A model generated the notes under the pieces. The model did no database searches, was not told the DNA's origin, and worked only from the letters and a program-made list of their open reading frames with translations. A stretch of 62,820 nt of DNA from positions 64,297,218 through 64,360,037 of the forward strand of contig NC_057719.1 of assembly GCF_004010195.1 (NCBI RefSeq). Reading direction: 5' to 3'. Positions 48,401 to 61,731 of the stretch are shown here, piece after piece. The first letter of the stretch is position 1. Each line of letters begins with the position of its first letter. Source of the DNA: Chiloscyllium plagiosum (Eukaryota). The position numbers and the translations under genes are program-made.

Positions 48401-51400
48401 GCAATGGAAACTCCTCTGCCCACCGTATAAGCTGAGACCATTGTTCAGGAGAATTACATGGAAGCCATTCTTTGGTCTCTGGATCCTCAGATACTTTCAG
48501 CATTTGTTAGATATGATAATACCTAACGAACCTGAAAAGGTTAGCATTTACTAGTTATGCTTTGAGCTGAAACTGATTGGCTCTGAACAAATGAGCTTAA
48601 TGCAACCTTTCACCTGACTTGTGGAAATATAATCTGCATCTTACCTTTCAGGCGCTTGGCCAATTCCCGAGTGAACAGCACATTTGCCAGTTTACTTTGG
48701 CAGTAAGCCAAGCCCCCATCGTAACTTTTTTCACTCTGAAGGTCTTTAAAGTTGATTCGACCGAAAACATGAGCGAAGGATGATACGTTAACAATGCGAG
48801 CAGGGGCTGATTGTTTAATGAGGTCAAGAAGCAGGCAGGTCAGCAAGAAATGGCCTAAAGGCAAAGGAATGCAAAACATTCAACTTCTGAGATCTTTGTT
48901 CATTTCCTTTGGAAATTTTGTGTTGTGTTTAGAACTCTCAATGACCTTACTCTGTTGCAAAAATCATCTGATCACTGCAACATCAATGATTTAGATTTGG
49001 AAAAGCAGAATGCTACAAATTTGAAACAAAAATTGAAGGTGGTGCTGGAAATACTCAGCTTCTCAAGCAGCATCTGAGGAGAGAGGAAAACAGAGTGAAT
49101 GTTGTAGATCGGTGACCTTTCATTGAGATCAGAACAAATCACCCTTACAAGTTAAAGTGTAGAAAAACTTGCAGTCAAAAAGTGTCTGATGTCCTCAGCA
49201 TGTTCTAAAATGTTTTGAGACAATATACTGCTTCAGAAATGTAATTATGTATGTAAACACATACAGTAGTTCTTGTGCAACCCACCTTAGAGAAAAATTG
49301 CACTTTAAAAACAGTGCTTAAAGTGTTGGTAATGTAATCACGTTTTAAATGTTTGCACTTTAGAAACAGTGTCCCAAATTCTTCTGTTGTGTCACAGCGA
49401 ATTTGTGTTAACAAAATGTGTGTTATAGCTAGTTTGCTCACAGTGAAAGTTCATAGACCATTGTTTTGACTTTGGTGGTTTCTGACGGAATATTGGTCGA
49501 TTCTCCTGTGACTGGGATCTGTTGCATAGAGTTTAACCACTGGAAGAAACAAAGTGCCTCTAACTGAAGCAACTTACTGCAGAGGCAGATTCTTCAGTTC
49601 TTCAGAAGAATCATATTGAACTTGAAATGTTAACTCTGTTTCTCTCTCCACAGATGCGACCACACCTGTTGAGTTTTTCCAGTATTATATGTTTGCTTCA
49701 GAAAGTGCTTCTGTTGGCCACCATTTAATAATGGTTTTTAAGATTAGCTGCAGTTCTTGTACATCTCAGGCACAAGGTCTTGGACAGAGAGGGAGGTGGC
49801 TATGGCAGGGCTCAATAACTGTGGTCTGAGGCTTGTTACACATGGGTCTTGGGCAGAATGCACCCTGCTTAGGGCAGGGGCCAGTTTGTGGGGACCCACA
49901 AGGAACACTGGGATCAGAGATTTCTGTCCCAGCCTCAACCTAAAGCAGATCTCTTATGTCTAATAGGAAAGTTCTTTTAGTGAGGAGTGATATATAAATT
50001 GTAAGGGGGAATCATAGAGGTCTAGAGCATGGAAACATTTGGTCCGTATCCATCCATACCTATCCCATCCATGTACCCGTCTAAATGTTTTTTTAAATGA
50101 TGAAATTGCACTTGCTTCCACCACTACCTCTGGCAGCCCATTCCAGACACTCACCACCCTCTGTAGGAATAAAATAGCCTCTCTGGACTCTTTTGTATCT
50201 CTCCCCTCTCGCCTTAAACCTATTTTAGACTCCCCTGCCGTGGAGGGATAGTACCCCAAAAATCCACAAAGTATAACAAAAGACTGGCGGATGCCGGAAA
50301 TCTGAAACAAAAACACAGATTGCTGGAGAAACTCAACAAGTCTGCCAGCATCTGTGAAGAGAGAAACAGAGTTAACATTTGAAGTCCAGCAGCCCTTCAT
50401 CCGAACAAGGTTCCATGCTGAGTTCCAAGACTAGACTCCCTCATGGTTGACCAACCTATTGCAGCCCACTGCACAGACTCTTATACACAGAAGTGATACA
50501 TCAGTGAGGCTCAAACCCGGAAAGATGCAATTCTCTTCATGGAGGGGAGGAAACAGGCTGACTGAAAAAATCCAAATATCCCACTGAAAAGTGAGAGCTC
50601 ACCTCGACACAGCACTTTTTATAGCGTCCGGGTCTGCCACATATTTATGCTAGTTAATTCGTGATCTTTGAAGAACAGTTACAGGTGTGATGTAGGCAAA
50701 TGCACCAACTTTACTTTTGCGCTCCAAGGTTACAGAAAGATGGTTTTATAAATGCAGCCTTCATTTATAACTCACCCAGGTGATTTACACCAAACTGCAT
50801 CTCAAACCCATCCGTTGTCTTTGTGTAGGGACACATCATCACTCCAGCGTTGTTGATCAAAATATTGATGAGCTTTTCCTCTGTCGGAAAACAGAATTGG
50901 GAATGAGAAAATACGTCACAACATGGAAAATGTGTCATCTGGATCTGTCCTTTTCTTTATGGCACGATGCCAAGTTATCAGTATTTCGGCCCAGGGGTTT
51001 ACCTGTTTATTAATACAAAAGCAAAGAGCTGCAGATGCTGGAACTCTGAAATAAAACAGAAAATACTCAGCAGGTCACTGACCTGAAAGTTTAATTCTGT
51101 TTCTCTACATGTGCTCAGTATTTTTGGCATTTTCTTTGTTTTATTGTTCTTTTGTTACATAACACTCTCTCTCTCTCTCTCGTTCAGACCAGGCTATGCA
51201 ACCCCTGTATTAGAAAAGGCAGAATGTCACAGAAATTGATAGATGAGAAAGGACATATCCGGTTTGCCTTATACCAACCAGGAGGCAATAGGTGAAACAT
51301 GTCGTCAATTTCTATTAGTTAGTCTGCAACAGGCCCAGAAGCGACATGTGGCAAAGCCAGGAAGGGGTGCTGGAGAGCCTTAGGGAACAGAGTCCATTGT

Positions 51401-54400
51401 TACCTTCTACTGCCGAATCATAAAGTCTCTACAGTTTATAGAAGCAGGTCAATTGGCCCATTGAGTACACCCCGACACTCTGAAGAGCACCCTACCCTAT
51501 CCCCATAATCCTGCATTTCCCAAGGCTAATCCACCTAGTCTGCACATCCCTTGCTGCCCGGTACGGAAGACATCGTCCCTGGCTAGTGTCGAACTACCAA
51601 CCTTCTGGCTAACAGTTGAAGATGTTAAATGATAATGTCACAGAGACTGGCATTCTAGCGCTGTTGAAATGATTTCTAATATTGCATTTGGCTTCCTAAC
51701 TGCTAGTTGTACCCGCATGTTAACCTGAAGAAAATCCTGAACTTGGACTAACCTATCCCTTTTGAGCTTCAGATTTCCGAAGCCTTGCCCCATTAAGAAA
51801 ACTGTCTATGCCTCTATTCTTCTAATCCAGTACATAACCTTACACATTTTCTCACATTGTATTCTGCGTGCCAACTGAACCTTAAGGGAACCCTGAACCA
51901 TGACTCATGTCATACATCCTGTTATAAATTACTTCTATATTGCACCCAAAATTTAAATTCTAACATCCAACTCTGTTCAATATCCATTTGAACAAATCGA
52001 TATAAATGGCTTCCACTGTGGGAGTCTGTTCCAAGACTGGTCACTGGAACATTGAATTTACCCTCTGCGTACCCTCCTCTCAGGCTTTTCCTCCAGTCTT
52101 TATGCAGCAATGCAGCTAAGCTAAGGAATTCAGTGAACAAAGAGCTGATTGATTATTACACTACCAGTCTGGATTGCTAGTCGTTTGCTTTACCATTCTC
52201 TGGCTGTGTCAAACTGTACCATTGATTCATGGCTTGGTTTGAATCACTTCCAGGTTTTCAGGATTTATTATATTTGCTGTCAATATTTTTCATTCACTGT
52301 GGTGTATAGTGCACCCTGTCATCACAGGAACAACCCCCCTATAAAGACAAGAAAGGCTTGAGGAACTTGTTTGTGTTTGGCTTTTATTTGATGTCAGCAC
52401 AATGAAATTTTAATCTAATTATGGTATCAGTATTAGCCTGCTGACGTGCACATTATCAATTGTGTCTTGCAGCTACAAGATTTTATTGCTCTCTGCCTTT
52501 CAGCATTATTAGCAAGGTCAGTATTTCCCACGTTAGCCCCATGCCCGACTCGGGATGTAAAATACTTTGTGTATCCCTGAGTGTAGGAGACTTGAGGGGT
52601 GACGTTATAGAGGTCTATAAAATCATGAGAGGCATTGCTAAGGTAGATAGCCAAGAGCTTTTCTCCATGGTAGGGGAGACTAAAACCAGAGGGCATAGGT
52701 TTAAGGTGACAGGGGAGACATACAAAAGGGTCAGGGGGGCAATTTTTTTCCACATAGTTTGTGGTGAGTGTCTGGAATGGGCTGCCAGAGCATTAGTGGA
52801 GGCGAGTACAATTTTGTCATTTGAGAAACATTTGGACAGGTGCATGGATGGGACAGATATGGAGGGATATGAATCAGGTAAATGGGGTTAAATTAATTGT
52901 GAAAACTGGACGGCATGGAAAGGTTGGGCTGAAGGGCCTGTTTCCATGTTGTAAACCTCTATGACTCTTAAAAAACAGTAAACAGTTAACCAAGAAGTGT
53001 CAGCTTTGCCAGTAATAGATTGCAGTGAATGTTTAAAACAGAATAGAAAAAGTGCTGCAGAAAAATGACCTTTTTTGGAAAGGCATGAGTAATGTTGGAG
53101 GATATTATGCAAGATATTGGTTTACCCATTATCCTGTTTCATCTTTGTGTAGAATTTAAACTGAAAAGTGTATTGGTATTTTATTAGTAAACACTCCTGT
53201 TAATGTTTAAACAGTTAATCAGTATAATTTTAATAGGTTAAACAGAATTTTTTAAAACAATATTTACATCCCTACTCTTGATTATCTGATTATAGGATTA
53301 AAACTGCAATAATTTGAATAAGGGTTATATCCCCTTTATATTTATCTCATTTACCTTCCCCTTTTCTACAAATCTTTATGCTCTATTTTTGATTTCTTCT
53401 TTTGTTCAGTCAATGTTGTTGGTCCTCCTGTTAAATATGGAGGTAAAGTGACCATACAGTATTTCTGCCATTTTGCTGCCTTTAACTTGCACCTTATCTA
53501 TTGTGCACCTTTGTAGCCTTTCCTGATTTCTCTTTGATACAGTCTGCAAGATACTTCACAGTTCTTTGATCATTTAAGTAATCTAAGTCAAATAAATAAA
53601 TCTGCAGCAAATGGGACAAAAATATCATTTGTTTTTTTAATTACCTTTCATGACATTTTTAGCAAATTGGTGTATAGACTTAGTGTTGGCAAGATCCAAC
53701 TCCCGAACAATGACTTGTTTATTCCCAGTGTCTTCCCGAATCTCATGGGCTGCAGCTTCTGCCTTGGTCAGATCTCTGCAGGCTATGATTACCCGAGCAC
53801 CTGTGAAGAACCAAATGGACAGGATTTCCTGCTTTAATTATGATTTTTGATTAAAACATACGGGTGGTACGTTGGCTCAGTGCCTCACAGCGCCAGAGAC
53901 CTAGATTTGATTCCACCCTGTCTGTATGGAGTTTGTACATTCTCTTGGTGTTTGTGTGGGTTTCCTCTGGATTCTCTGGTGCTCTGGATTCCTCCCACAG
54001 TCCAAAGATTTGCAGGTTAGATGGATTGGCCATGTAAACTACTCTGTAGTGTCCAGAGATGTATAGGTTAGTTGAATTAGCCATGATGAATGCAGGATTA
54101 TGGGGATAGGGTGGGATGGCCTTTTGGGGGGGGTTGGGGCTGTCTTGAGGCAAATGCGCTCTTTCTGCACTGTGGGTATTTATGATTCTGAAAACAAATC
54201 ATATATTTAGGTAATATGGATTTAGTTCTGTCCTGTATTGAAGTGTGAAAAATATTACTGCAAGGACACATTTTGATAGGTGAGTTGAGGTGGATTTGCT
54301 GCTTTCTCTACAGTAGCTGGTTTCTATACCAGAGAGCTCTGCTGGTGTCAGTTTGAAAACCACCTTTGAGAATAAGAGGGAAGGGGGCAAAAAAAGTTAA

Positions 54401-57400
54401 ATGCATAGTTTTAACTGAGAAGGTACAAACATTGTTTTGCTGGTGGTTTAAATTGTTTTTCTAACCGCCTGCATTTAGATAATTTGTTTTTTGTTGTTTT
54501 ATGTCTTGTGTAGTAAACTTCTGTTGTTGAAGAAACTCTGCAGCGTCATGTTTGTAACTGACCAAAACTTTTAAAAATCATAATCCATAACATATACTCC
54601 AAGATTAGCTTATCTATCTCTTGGTTTTAACTGTTAACTTGTGAATGGCTTGAGGATTTGTCACAGTCCACCCTCTCCACCCCCATCCTTGGCTCTCCTG
54701 CTTATTCGGTGCATGTTCCCACACTTTGTATGAAAACGACATTCCCATTTTCCCCAATGGCTGAATATAAATGAACAGGCCCAAAAGGCACTGAACTAGA
54801 CAAGTATTTGAAAAGGAAGACAGTCCTTGAGAGAGTAACTCAAGGGAACTGTCAGTAAAAAGACATGAAATGGTGAAACCTTTTGTATGTGTTTTCACTG
54901 TGGAAGACTTAGAAAATTTCTCAAACTTGCTTGAAAATCATGAAGTGAATGAAAGGGGGGTGGGGGGAGAACTTAAAGCAATCACAGACACTGTGGGGAG
55001 AAAAGCACTGGGAAAGTTATTTGAGCTAAAGGCTGACAAATCTGAGTTCAGAAGAAGGGAATGTGGTGAGACCACACCCGGAGAATTGTGTGGAGTTTTG
55101 GTCTCATTATCTAAGAAAGGATATACTTGTCATTGAGGGAGTGTAGCAGACATTCACCGTATGAGAAGAGATTGGTTCGACTGAGCCTGTATTCACTGGA
55201 GTTTAAAAGGATGAGAAGGCATCTGATTGAAACATAAAATTCTAACAGGGCTGGACAGAATAGATGTAGGTTTTCTCTGGTTGGGGCCAGTCTCAGGATA
55301 TCACGTGGACCATTTTGGACTGAGCTGAGGAAAAGTTACTTCATTCAAAAGGGTAGTGAACTGTAGAATTCTCTAACACAGAAAGCTGTGAAGGCCAAGT
55401 CACAATCTATTCAAGAAAGAGAGAGATACATTGCTAGGTTTTAAATACCTCAAAGGTTATATGAAGAATGCAGGAATAAGGCATTGTGATAAAGGTTTAA
55501 TCATAACGGTATTGAATGGCAGAGTAGGCTCGAGGACCCATGTGGCCCACTGCTGCTCCTAGTTTGTGTTTTTACAAAGAAAAGAAAAATGGTTAAAGTT
55601 TTTCATGCCAGACTGTTGGAGGGTTTACAGTTTAGCCCACCGTGCTACTGGTTTCCTGCTGTATAATGGTTGAGGGGGTCAACCTGTTTGACTCTGCTTT
55701 GTCAGCACATCATAAAAGATGATCACTACAATCATTTTAAGGTAGAAAAATGAGAAAAAAAACCTTAACATTTGTTTTTTTTTTAAATAGCTCACATCTT
55801 GTCCACTATAATACTTTTCAACCCATAATGCATTAACAGAGACAGATAAAAGTCTGGAGCTTTCCTTGACACTTTTGTTTAGAGAGACTAGAACAAACAT
55901 TTAAATGATGGTAATGTTTCTTCCAGAGGAAATGCAGAATATTTGTATCTTCTCCTCTGTAAAACTCTAAAATTCTTTTTAAAAAGCCACTCTTAAAAAA
56001 GGAGGGAGAGAGAAAATGGGGAATTATAGGCTGGTTAGCCTGATGTCTTTGGTAGGGAAAATGCTGGAGTCAATTATTAAGGATGTAATAACTGAACATT
56101 TGGAAAGTGGTGACAGAATTGGTCCAAGTCAGCATGGATTCACTAAAGGGAAATCCATGCTTGTCAAATCTGCTGGAAGGTTTTGAGGATGTGATTAGTA
56201 AACTGGACAAGGGTGAATCAGTAGATGTTGTGCATCAGGACTTTCAAATATGGATAGAGAACTGGTTGGCAGATAGGAAGCAGAGAATTGGAACGGGTCC
56301 TATTCAGAGTGGCAGGCAGTGACGAGTGGGGTTTCGCAGTGTTCAGTGCTGGGACCCCAGCTGTTCACAATATACATTAACAATTTGGACGAAGGAATTG
56401 AATGCCATATCTCCAAATTGTGAATGACACTAAGCTGGGTGGCAGTGTGTGCTATGAAGAGGATGCTCAGAGGCTGCAGGGTGACTTGAGCAGACTGGCT
56501 GAATAGGCAAATACTTGGCAAATGCAATATAATGTGGCTAAATGTGAAGTTATCCACTTTGGTCACAAAAACAGAAAGGCAGACCACTATTTGAATAGTG
56601 GCAGTTTAGGAAAAGGTGAGGTGCAACAGTCTCTGAAGGTTGGCATGAAGGTGCAGCAGGTAGTTAGGAAAGCTAATGGCAAGCTGGCCTTCATAGCAAA
56701 AGTATTTGAGTATCGGACTAAGGACTTCTTGCTGCAGTTATACAGGGCCTTGGTGAGGCCACACCTGGAGTATTATATACAGTTTTGGTCTCCTAGTCTG
56801 AGGAAGGACATTCTTGCAATTGAGGGAGTCCAGTGAAGATTCACCAGACTGATTCCTGGGATGGCAGGACTGATACATGAGGAAAGAGTGGGCTTGTATT
56901 TGCTGGAATTTAGAAGAATTGGGGTGGGAGGAATCTCATAGAAACATATAAAGTCCTGATGGGTCTGGACAGGCTAGTTCGGGAAGAATGTTTTCAATGT
57001 GTGTAAGGCCAGAACTAGGGGTCACAGTCTAAGAATAAGAGGTAAGCCATTCAGGACTGAGAGGAGGAAGAATTCTTCACTCTGAGTTGTGAACCTGTGG
57101 AAGTCTCTCCTACAGGAAGCTGTTCAGGCCAGTTTGTTAGATTTTTCAAGAGGGAGCTGGACATGGCCCTTGCAGTTAAAGGGAACAAGGGGATATGGGG
57201 AGAGGGCAGAAATAGGGAACTGAGATTGCATGATCATCCATGATCATATTGAATGGTGCTGCAGGCTCAAAGTGCCAAATGGCCTACTTCTGCACCTGTT
57301 TTCTATGTTTCCGTAACTTCACTGCTTAATGACATTGAATGCATCAGGGTTCATTTGTGCAAACATGTTTGCTGTCACATTCAAGTACTCCTACAAGATA

Positions 57401-57545
57401 AAAGAATTGCTCAGCAAATACCTTACCTCTCTGTGCCAGTTCCCGTGCTGTTTCCTTTCCAATCCCAGTGTTAGCCCCAGTGATCAAGACAGTTTTTCCA
57501 TCTAGCCTTGCGTCAGATGTACACACTCCCCCACCAGCACATCTT
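45365..57545 (-). CDS. RDH12: Retinol dehydrogenase 12-like (SDR7C family), 6 coding exons; first coding exon not in window
   Basis: TGANTGIG Rossmann motif, NNAG, VSS, YCQSK (YxxxK); C-terminus LLEIRWD resembles RDH12 rather than RDH11; convergent with ZFYVE26. Confidence 0.88.
45820..46428 (+). mobile_element. Decayed Penelope-like 3' fragment
   Basis: IGETK..LGDRFA, VAx[14 protein letters not shown] remnants; tail GATGCTGCCAGACCTGCAGAG. Confidence 0.75.
46572..46953 (-). mobile_element. CR1 3' fragment inserted into a tRNA-SINE
   Basis: Same tail family as 30498/35711/62409; SINE sequence resumes on both sides. Confidence 0.88.
47247..47436 (-). CDS. RDH12: RDH12-like exon (190 nt) [12 protein letters not shown]...GAQTSIYCA...SGTHF
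   Basis: cacag|GC ... AG|gtttgt. Confidence 0.96.
48645..48854 (-). CDS. RDH12: RDH12-like exon (210 nt) GHFLLT...VNVSS...[21 protein letters not shown]
   Basis: tttag|GC ... G|gtaaga; catalytic S-Y-K. Confidence 0.97.
50011..50245 (-). mobile_element. CR1 3' fragment
   Basis: [17 protein letters not shown] remnants + tail. Confidence 0.8.
50776..50880 (-). CDS. RDH12: RDH12-like exon (105 nt) [35 protein letters not shown]
   Basis: gacag|AG ... G|gtgagt. Confidence 0.96.
52585..52968 (+). mobile_element. CR1 3' fragment
   Basis: [14 protein letters not shown]...TRGHRFKV; tail GAAGGGCCTGTTTCCATG. Confidence 0.88.
53645..53800 (-). CDS. RDH12: RDH12-like exon (156 nt) [10 protein letters not shown]...[18 protein letters not shown]
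   Basis: cacag|GT ... G|gtaatt. Confidence 0.95.
53861..54190 (+). mobile_element. V-SINE (HE1-related variant), decayed
   Basis: GCCTCACAGCGCCAGAGACC, GTATGGAGTTTGTACATTCTC, CCTCCCACAGTCCAAAGAT. Confidence 0.8.
54870..55570 (+). mobile_element. Decayed CR1 fragments
   Basis: VFTVED, LKADKS, [17 protein letters not shown] remnants + tail. Confidence 0.75.
55985..57312 (+). mobile_element. CR1 LINE fragment (RT + tail)
   Basis: [42 protein letters not shown]. Confidence 0.93.
57427..57545 (-). CDS. RDH12: RDH12-like exon (119 nt) RCAGGGVC...[24 protein letters not shown]
   Basis: tgcag|A ... AG|gtaagg on minus strand. Confidence 0.95.
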
Positions 57546-57879
57546 CTGCAAAACAATTGGAAAGTATGATTTTATTTTGCTTTCCTTGAGTGCTGTTGCC
57601 AAAAGTATAAAGCTTTGTCAATTTAACATTCATTTCAACGACCCCAGTGTTACGTTCTATACTGAGACTCCCTACAAAGTGAAATATGACCACAAACCCT
57701 CAGAGACTATGAATAAGACAGTTGTCTTATGAGGTGCTTTGGCATGATGCTCTGAGGGGACATCAAATTTGAATAATTGACAATACACTGGGGACAGAGA
57801 AAATGAATTGGAATTTTTAACAGTGTAAGCCTGGACTTGATTTGATTAGGCAGGAATGAGTACCGTAGATACTGGGGAT

Positions 57880-58800
57880 TAGAGTCAAGATTAGAGTGGT
57901 GCTGGAAAAGCACAGGTCAAGCAGCATTCGAGGAGCAGGAAAATCAATATTTTGGGCTGGAGCCTTTCATCAGGAATAAAGCTGGGAGCCTCGGGGGTGG
58001 AGAGATGAATGGGAGGGGCTGGGGGGGAAGGTAGCTAGAGCGCAATAGGTGGATGGAGATGCGGGTAAAGATGATAGGTCGGAGAGGAGGGTGGAGTGGA
58101 TAGGTGGGAAGGAAGATTGACAGGTAGGACAGGTCATGGGGATGGTGCTGAGCTGGAAGGTTGGAACTGGGGTAAGGTAGAGGGAGGGGAAATGAGGAAA
58201 CTGGTAAAGTCCACATTGTTGCCATGGGGTTGAAGGGTCCTGAGGCGGAAAATGAGGTGTTCTTCCTCCACGCATAGGGTGGTGAGGGAGCGGCGGTGAA
58301 GGAGGCCCAGGACCTGCATGTCCTCAGCAGAGTGGGAGGAGAAGTTGAAATGTTCAGCCATGAGGTGGTGGGACTGATTGGTGTCCCGGAGATGTTCTCT
58401 GAAGCGCTCTGCGAGAAGGCACCCCTTTTCCCCAGTGTAGAGGAGACCACATCGGGAGCAACATGTCAATAAATGACATGTGGAAGTGCAGGTGAAACTT
58501 TGATGGATGTGGAAGGCTCCTTAGGGGCCTTGGACGGAGGTCAGGGGGAGAGATGGGGGAGGTTTTGCAATTCCTGCGGTGGCAGGGGAAAGTGCCAGGA
58601 GGGATGGGGAGGGAAATAAATCACTGGTGTTGGGTCCATTTGGAGGTGGCGGAAATGTCAGCAGATGATGCGATTTATGCGGAGGTTGGTGGGGTGGAAG
58701 GTGAGGACTGGTGGGGGTGGGGGGTGGGTGAGTTCCGTCCTTGTTGCAGTTGGAGGGGTTGGGTTCGAGGGCAAGGGTGTGGGCATGGATGAGATGCGTT
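57880..58800 (-). mobile_element. Penelope-like element, same family as 40752-41760
   Basis: ORF 58134..58469 CSRCGLLY.GE...LAERFREHLRDT...LIFRLRTLQP; matching tail. Confidence 0.9.
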
Positions 58801-58880
58801 GGTTTGGATTACCTGAAGAGATCAGTGAGGAATTTTATTTTTCACGTTTTGGTCTAAGAGTTCTTTACCCAGTCATTTGT

Positions 58881-59186
58881 GGGCACAGTGGTTAGCACTG
58901 CTGCCTCACAGCGCCAGAGACCCGTGTTCAGTTCCCGCCTCAGGCGACTGAATGTGTGGAGTTTGCACATTCTTCCCAGTGTCTGCGTGGGTTTCCTCCG
59001 GGTGCTCTGGTTTCCTCCCACAATCCAAAAATGTGCAGGTTAGATGAATTTGCCATGCTAAATTGCCCGTAGTGTTAGAAGGGGTAAATGTAGGGGAATG
59101 GGTTTGGGTGGGTTTACTTCGGCAGGTCGGTGTGGACGTGTTGGGCGGAAGGGCCTGTTTCCATACTATAAGCAATCTAATCTAAT
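58881..59186 (+). mobile_element. HE1-like V-SINE
   Basis: Head, V-domain, tail AATCTAATCTAATC. Confidence 0.9.
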
Positions 59187-59654
59187 CATCTTGCGCCTCC
59201 CAGGAGATTGCATTTGGCAGAGTTGAGGGGAAATGTCTTAACATCATGAAGATGTAGGCTTGGACAATAGACATTAGTATTGATAAGTGGTAGTATATTC
59301 CTGTCTGCCATCCTAGCATACTTGTCACATATGTCTACCGAACCCTTGTTATATAAATGGCAAGCAAGTGCACCATTTAATGTAAAACTGAGCCCTGGAG
59401 ATGAGGAAATGGCATATTTAATAATAGATTTCCAGGAGATCACTGGCTGCTAGTGGCTCTCAAAATTTTCTTCTGGTTTCATAAATCCTTGATAGTTAAG
59501 TTAGAAATATTGCTATTCTTTTGGCCCTGCTATTGCCCTGATATAAAATAACTGGCACAGTTATATAATGCTGTTAATTAGAAGAAATTGCCCCAAGGCA
59601 CTTCACAGGAGCCACATAAAAGGCAGTATCAGGTCAGATGGCCAAAGACTGAGG

Positions 59655-60003
59655 TGAAAGCGAGGGCTGCAGGTGCTGGAGGTCAGAGTCGAAGAGTGTG
59701 GCGCTGAGAAAGCACAGCTGGTCAGGCAGCATCCAAGGAGCAGGAGAATCAGTGTTTCAAGCATAAGCCCTTCATCAGGAATGAAGCTTGTGGCCCAAGG
59801 GGTCTGAGAGATAAATGGAAAGGGGTAGGTAGCTGGGAATGAGAAAGTAAAATTAAGGTGGGGGTGAAGGTGATAAGTTGGAGGGGATAGGTGGGAAGGA
59901 AGATGGACAGCTAGGACATTTCAAGAGGGTGCCCAGTTGGAGGGCTGGATCTGGGGTAAGATGTGGGAAGGGGAAATGAGGAAACTGGTGGAATCCACAT
60001 TGA
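59655..60003 (-). mobile_element. Penelope-like terminal fragment
   Basis: Reverse of 41405-41760. Confidence 0.82.
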
Positions 60004-60639
60004 GGTGGAGAGGTATGCAGAGGGTATTCCAAAGCTGAATCATTTTGTAGTAATTTGAATAAAGTCATTAATTTCTGTGCTTAATCTCAGACCTGGCTGT
60101 AATTTAATGTGTTGAGGAGCAGCTAGGTTGGCAAAACCAGGCCAGATTTTGCCAATGTGATTAACTCTTAAACTGTTCTCAAAGGCAATTAGGAATGGGC
60201 AACAAAGTCCTGCCCTGCCATTGACACCTGTGCCAGCATCCCGTGAAAGAATTAAAAATACAAGGATGGAGAACGGGCTAAAACTTACCATATTTTGGCT
60301 AGGTATCAATTTTGTCAACTTTCATGTAGGGTATCTCTCCAAAAGGCCTGATGAGACAATCTTCTCTCTGCTGCTTCATGCTATCTATCTATCTCTGACA
60401 CTATACCCACCTTTAACCAAGGCTCATGCTCTACCACCCTCACACACCCACTAACTTCAAATGCCCCTTGTGCTACCTAACCACTTGCTTGGAACATCTG
60501 ACCACCACTTGCATTAGGACTAACAGCTGTGCCATCCACTTCCATCCCACTCAATCCATTCCCTTCTCTCATTCCAGGAGAAAACAGCCCATAGTATGTC
60601 CTGCAAGTACAAAGGCAATATCTACAGCGTGTGCAGCCA

Positions 60640-61180
60640 AGCAGACTGTAAGAAAGGCATTCTAATTCTGGTCTCCCTGTTATAGGAAAGACATTGTTAA
60701 CCTTTAATGGATGCAGTAAAGATTCACAAGGATGTTGCCATGGTTGGAGAGTTTGAGCTATAGGGAGGGACTGAGTAGCCTGGAGCTGTTTTCCCTGGAG
60801 CTTTGGAGGCTGAGAGGTGACCTTATAGAGGTTTATAAAATCATGAGGGGCATGGAAAGGGTGAATAGCAAAGGTCTTTTCCCCAGGGTAGGAGAGACCA
60901 AAACTAGAGGACATCAGTTTAAGGTGAGAGGGGCAAACTATAAAATGGACCTAAGGGGCAACTTTTCCACAGTGGGTGATAGGTGTATGGAATGAGCTGC
61001 TAAAGAAAAAGTGATGGAGGCTGGTACAATTGCAACATTTAAATGGCATCTGGATGGGTATATGATCAAGAAAGGTTTAGAGGGATATGGGCCCATTGCT
61101 GGCAAATGGGTCTACATTAGTTTAGGATATTTAGTCAGCATGGACGATTTGGACTGAAGGGTCTGTTACCATCTCTATGA
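60640..61180 (+). mobile_element. CR1 3' fragment
   Basis: ORF 60732..60995 [15 protein letters not shown] + tail. Confidence 0.9.
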
Positions 61181-61598
61181 TGGCACCTCGAGAGCAGATG
61201 AAGTTTAAAATTGCCAAAACTGCCTCCAGGAACCCTCACTAAGTTAGGTGTGAACTTCTTTGGGGAAGTGTCAGCTGTTTAGGGTCAGTAAAATCTGATG
61301 GGTACTGGTCGTAGAGAATCACCAGGAGACGCAGAGAGTTTTCCAAGAGGATGATCTTTTATTTGCAAATAAAAGCACTGACAATCAGGATGCGAATTTT
61401 TCATTTCCCCCGAACCTTTTTTTATACCTTTTTGTTATCATGTTTTCTTCAGGCTTATCGGTATGTCCAATTGTGTTAGTCAGGGCTACCTTACTACAGG
61501 CATGCCACAAACCAATGATGTTAGTTCATGTTATCTCTCTGCTTCTGTCACTTATGGTATTTCCTACTTCAAACTTAGTTCTACTCTACTATATCACA

Positions 61599-61731
61599 AT
61601 TAGATATTTACTATCACATCTGCCACAATGGTCTTGAACCTCAGGCTGATTCTGCTAACTGCTGATTAGATATTTGCTGTCACATCCTGCCGCAATGGTC
61701 TTTTGGCTCAGGCTGGCTCTACTAATTGATT
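61599..61731. repeat. Two-copy imperfect tandem repeat (~66 bp unit)
   Basis: ATTAGATATTT.CT.TCACATC..GCC.CAATGGTCTT...CTCAGGCTG at 61599 and 61665. Confidence 0.85.

Noticed and set aside
45365..57545. Naming the SDR gene RDH11
   Set aside because: C-terminal IRWD and convergence with ZFYVE26 fit RDH12 better; not excluded without a phylogeny
58806..58860. Minus-strand CAG|GTAATC donor as the missing first RDH12 coding exon
   Set aside because: In-frame TGA about 10 codons upstream and no hydrophobic signal-anchor; a candidate donor near 62083 also lacked a convincing anchor
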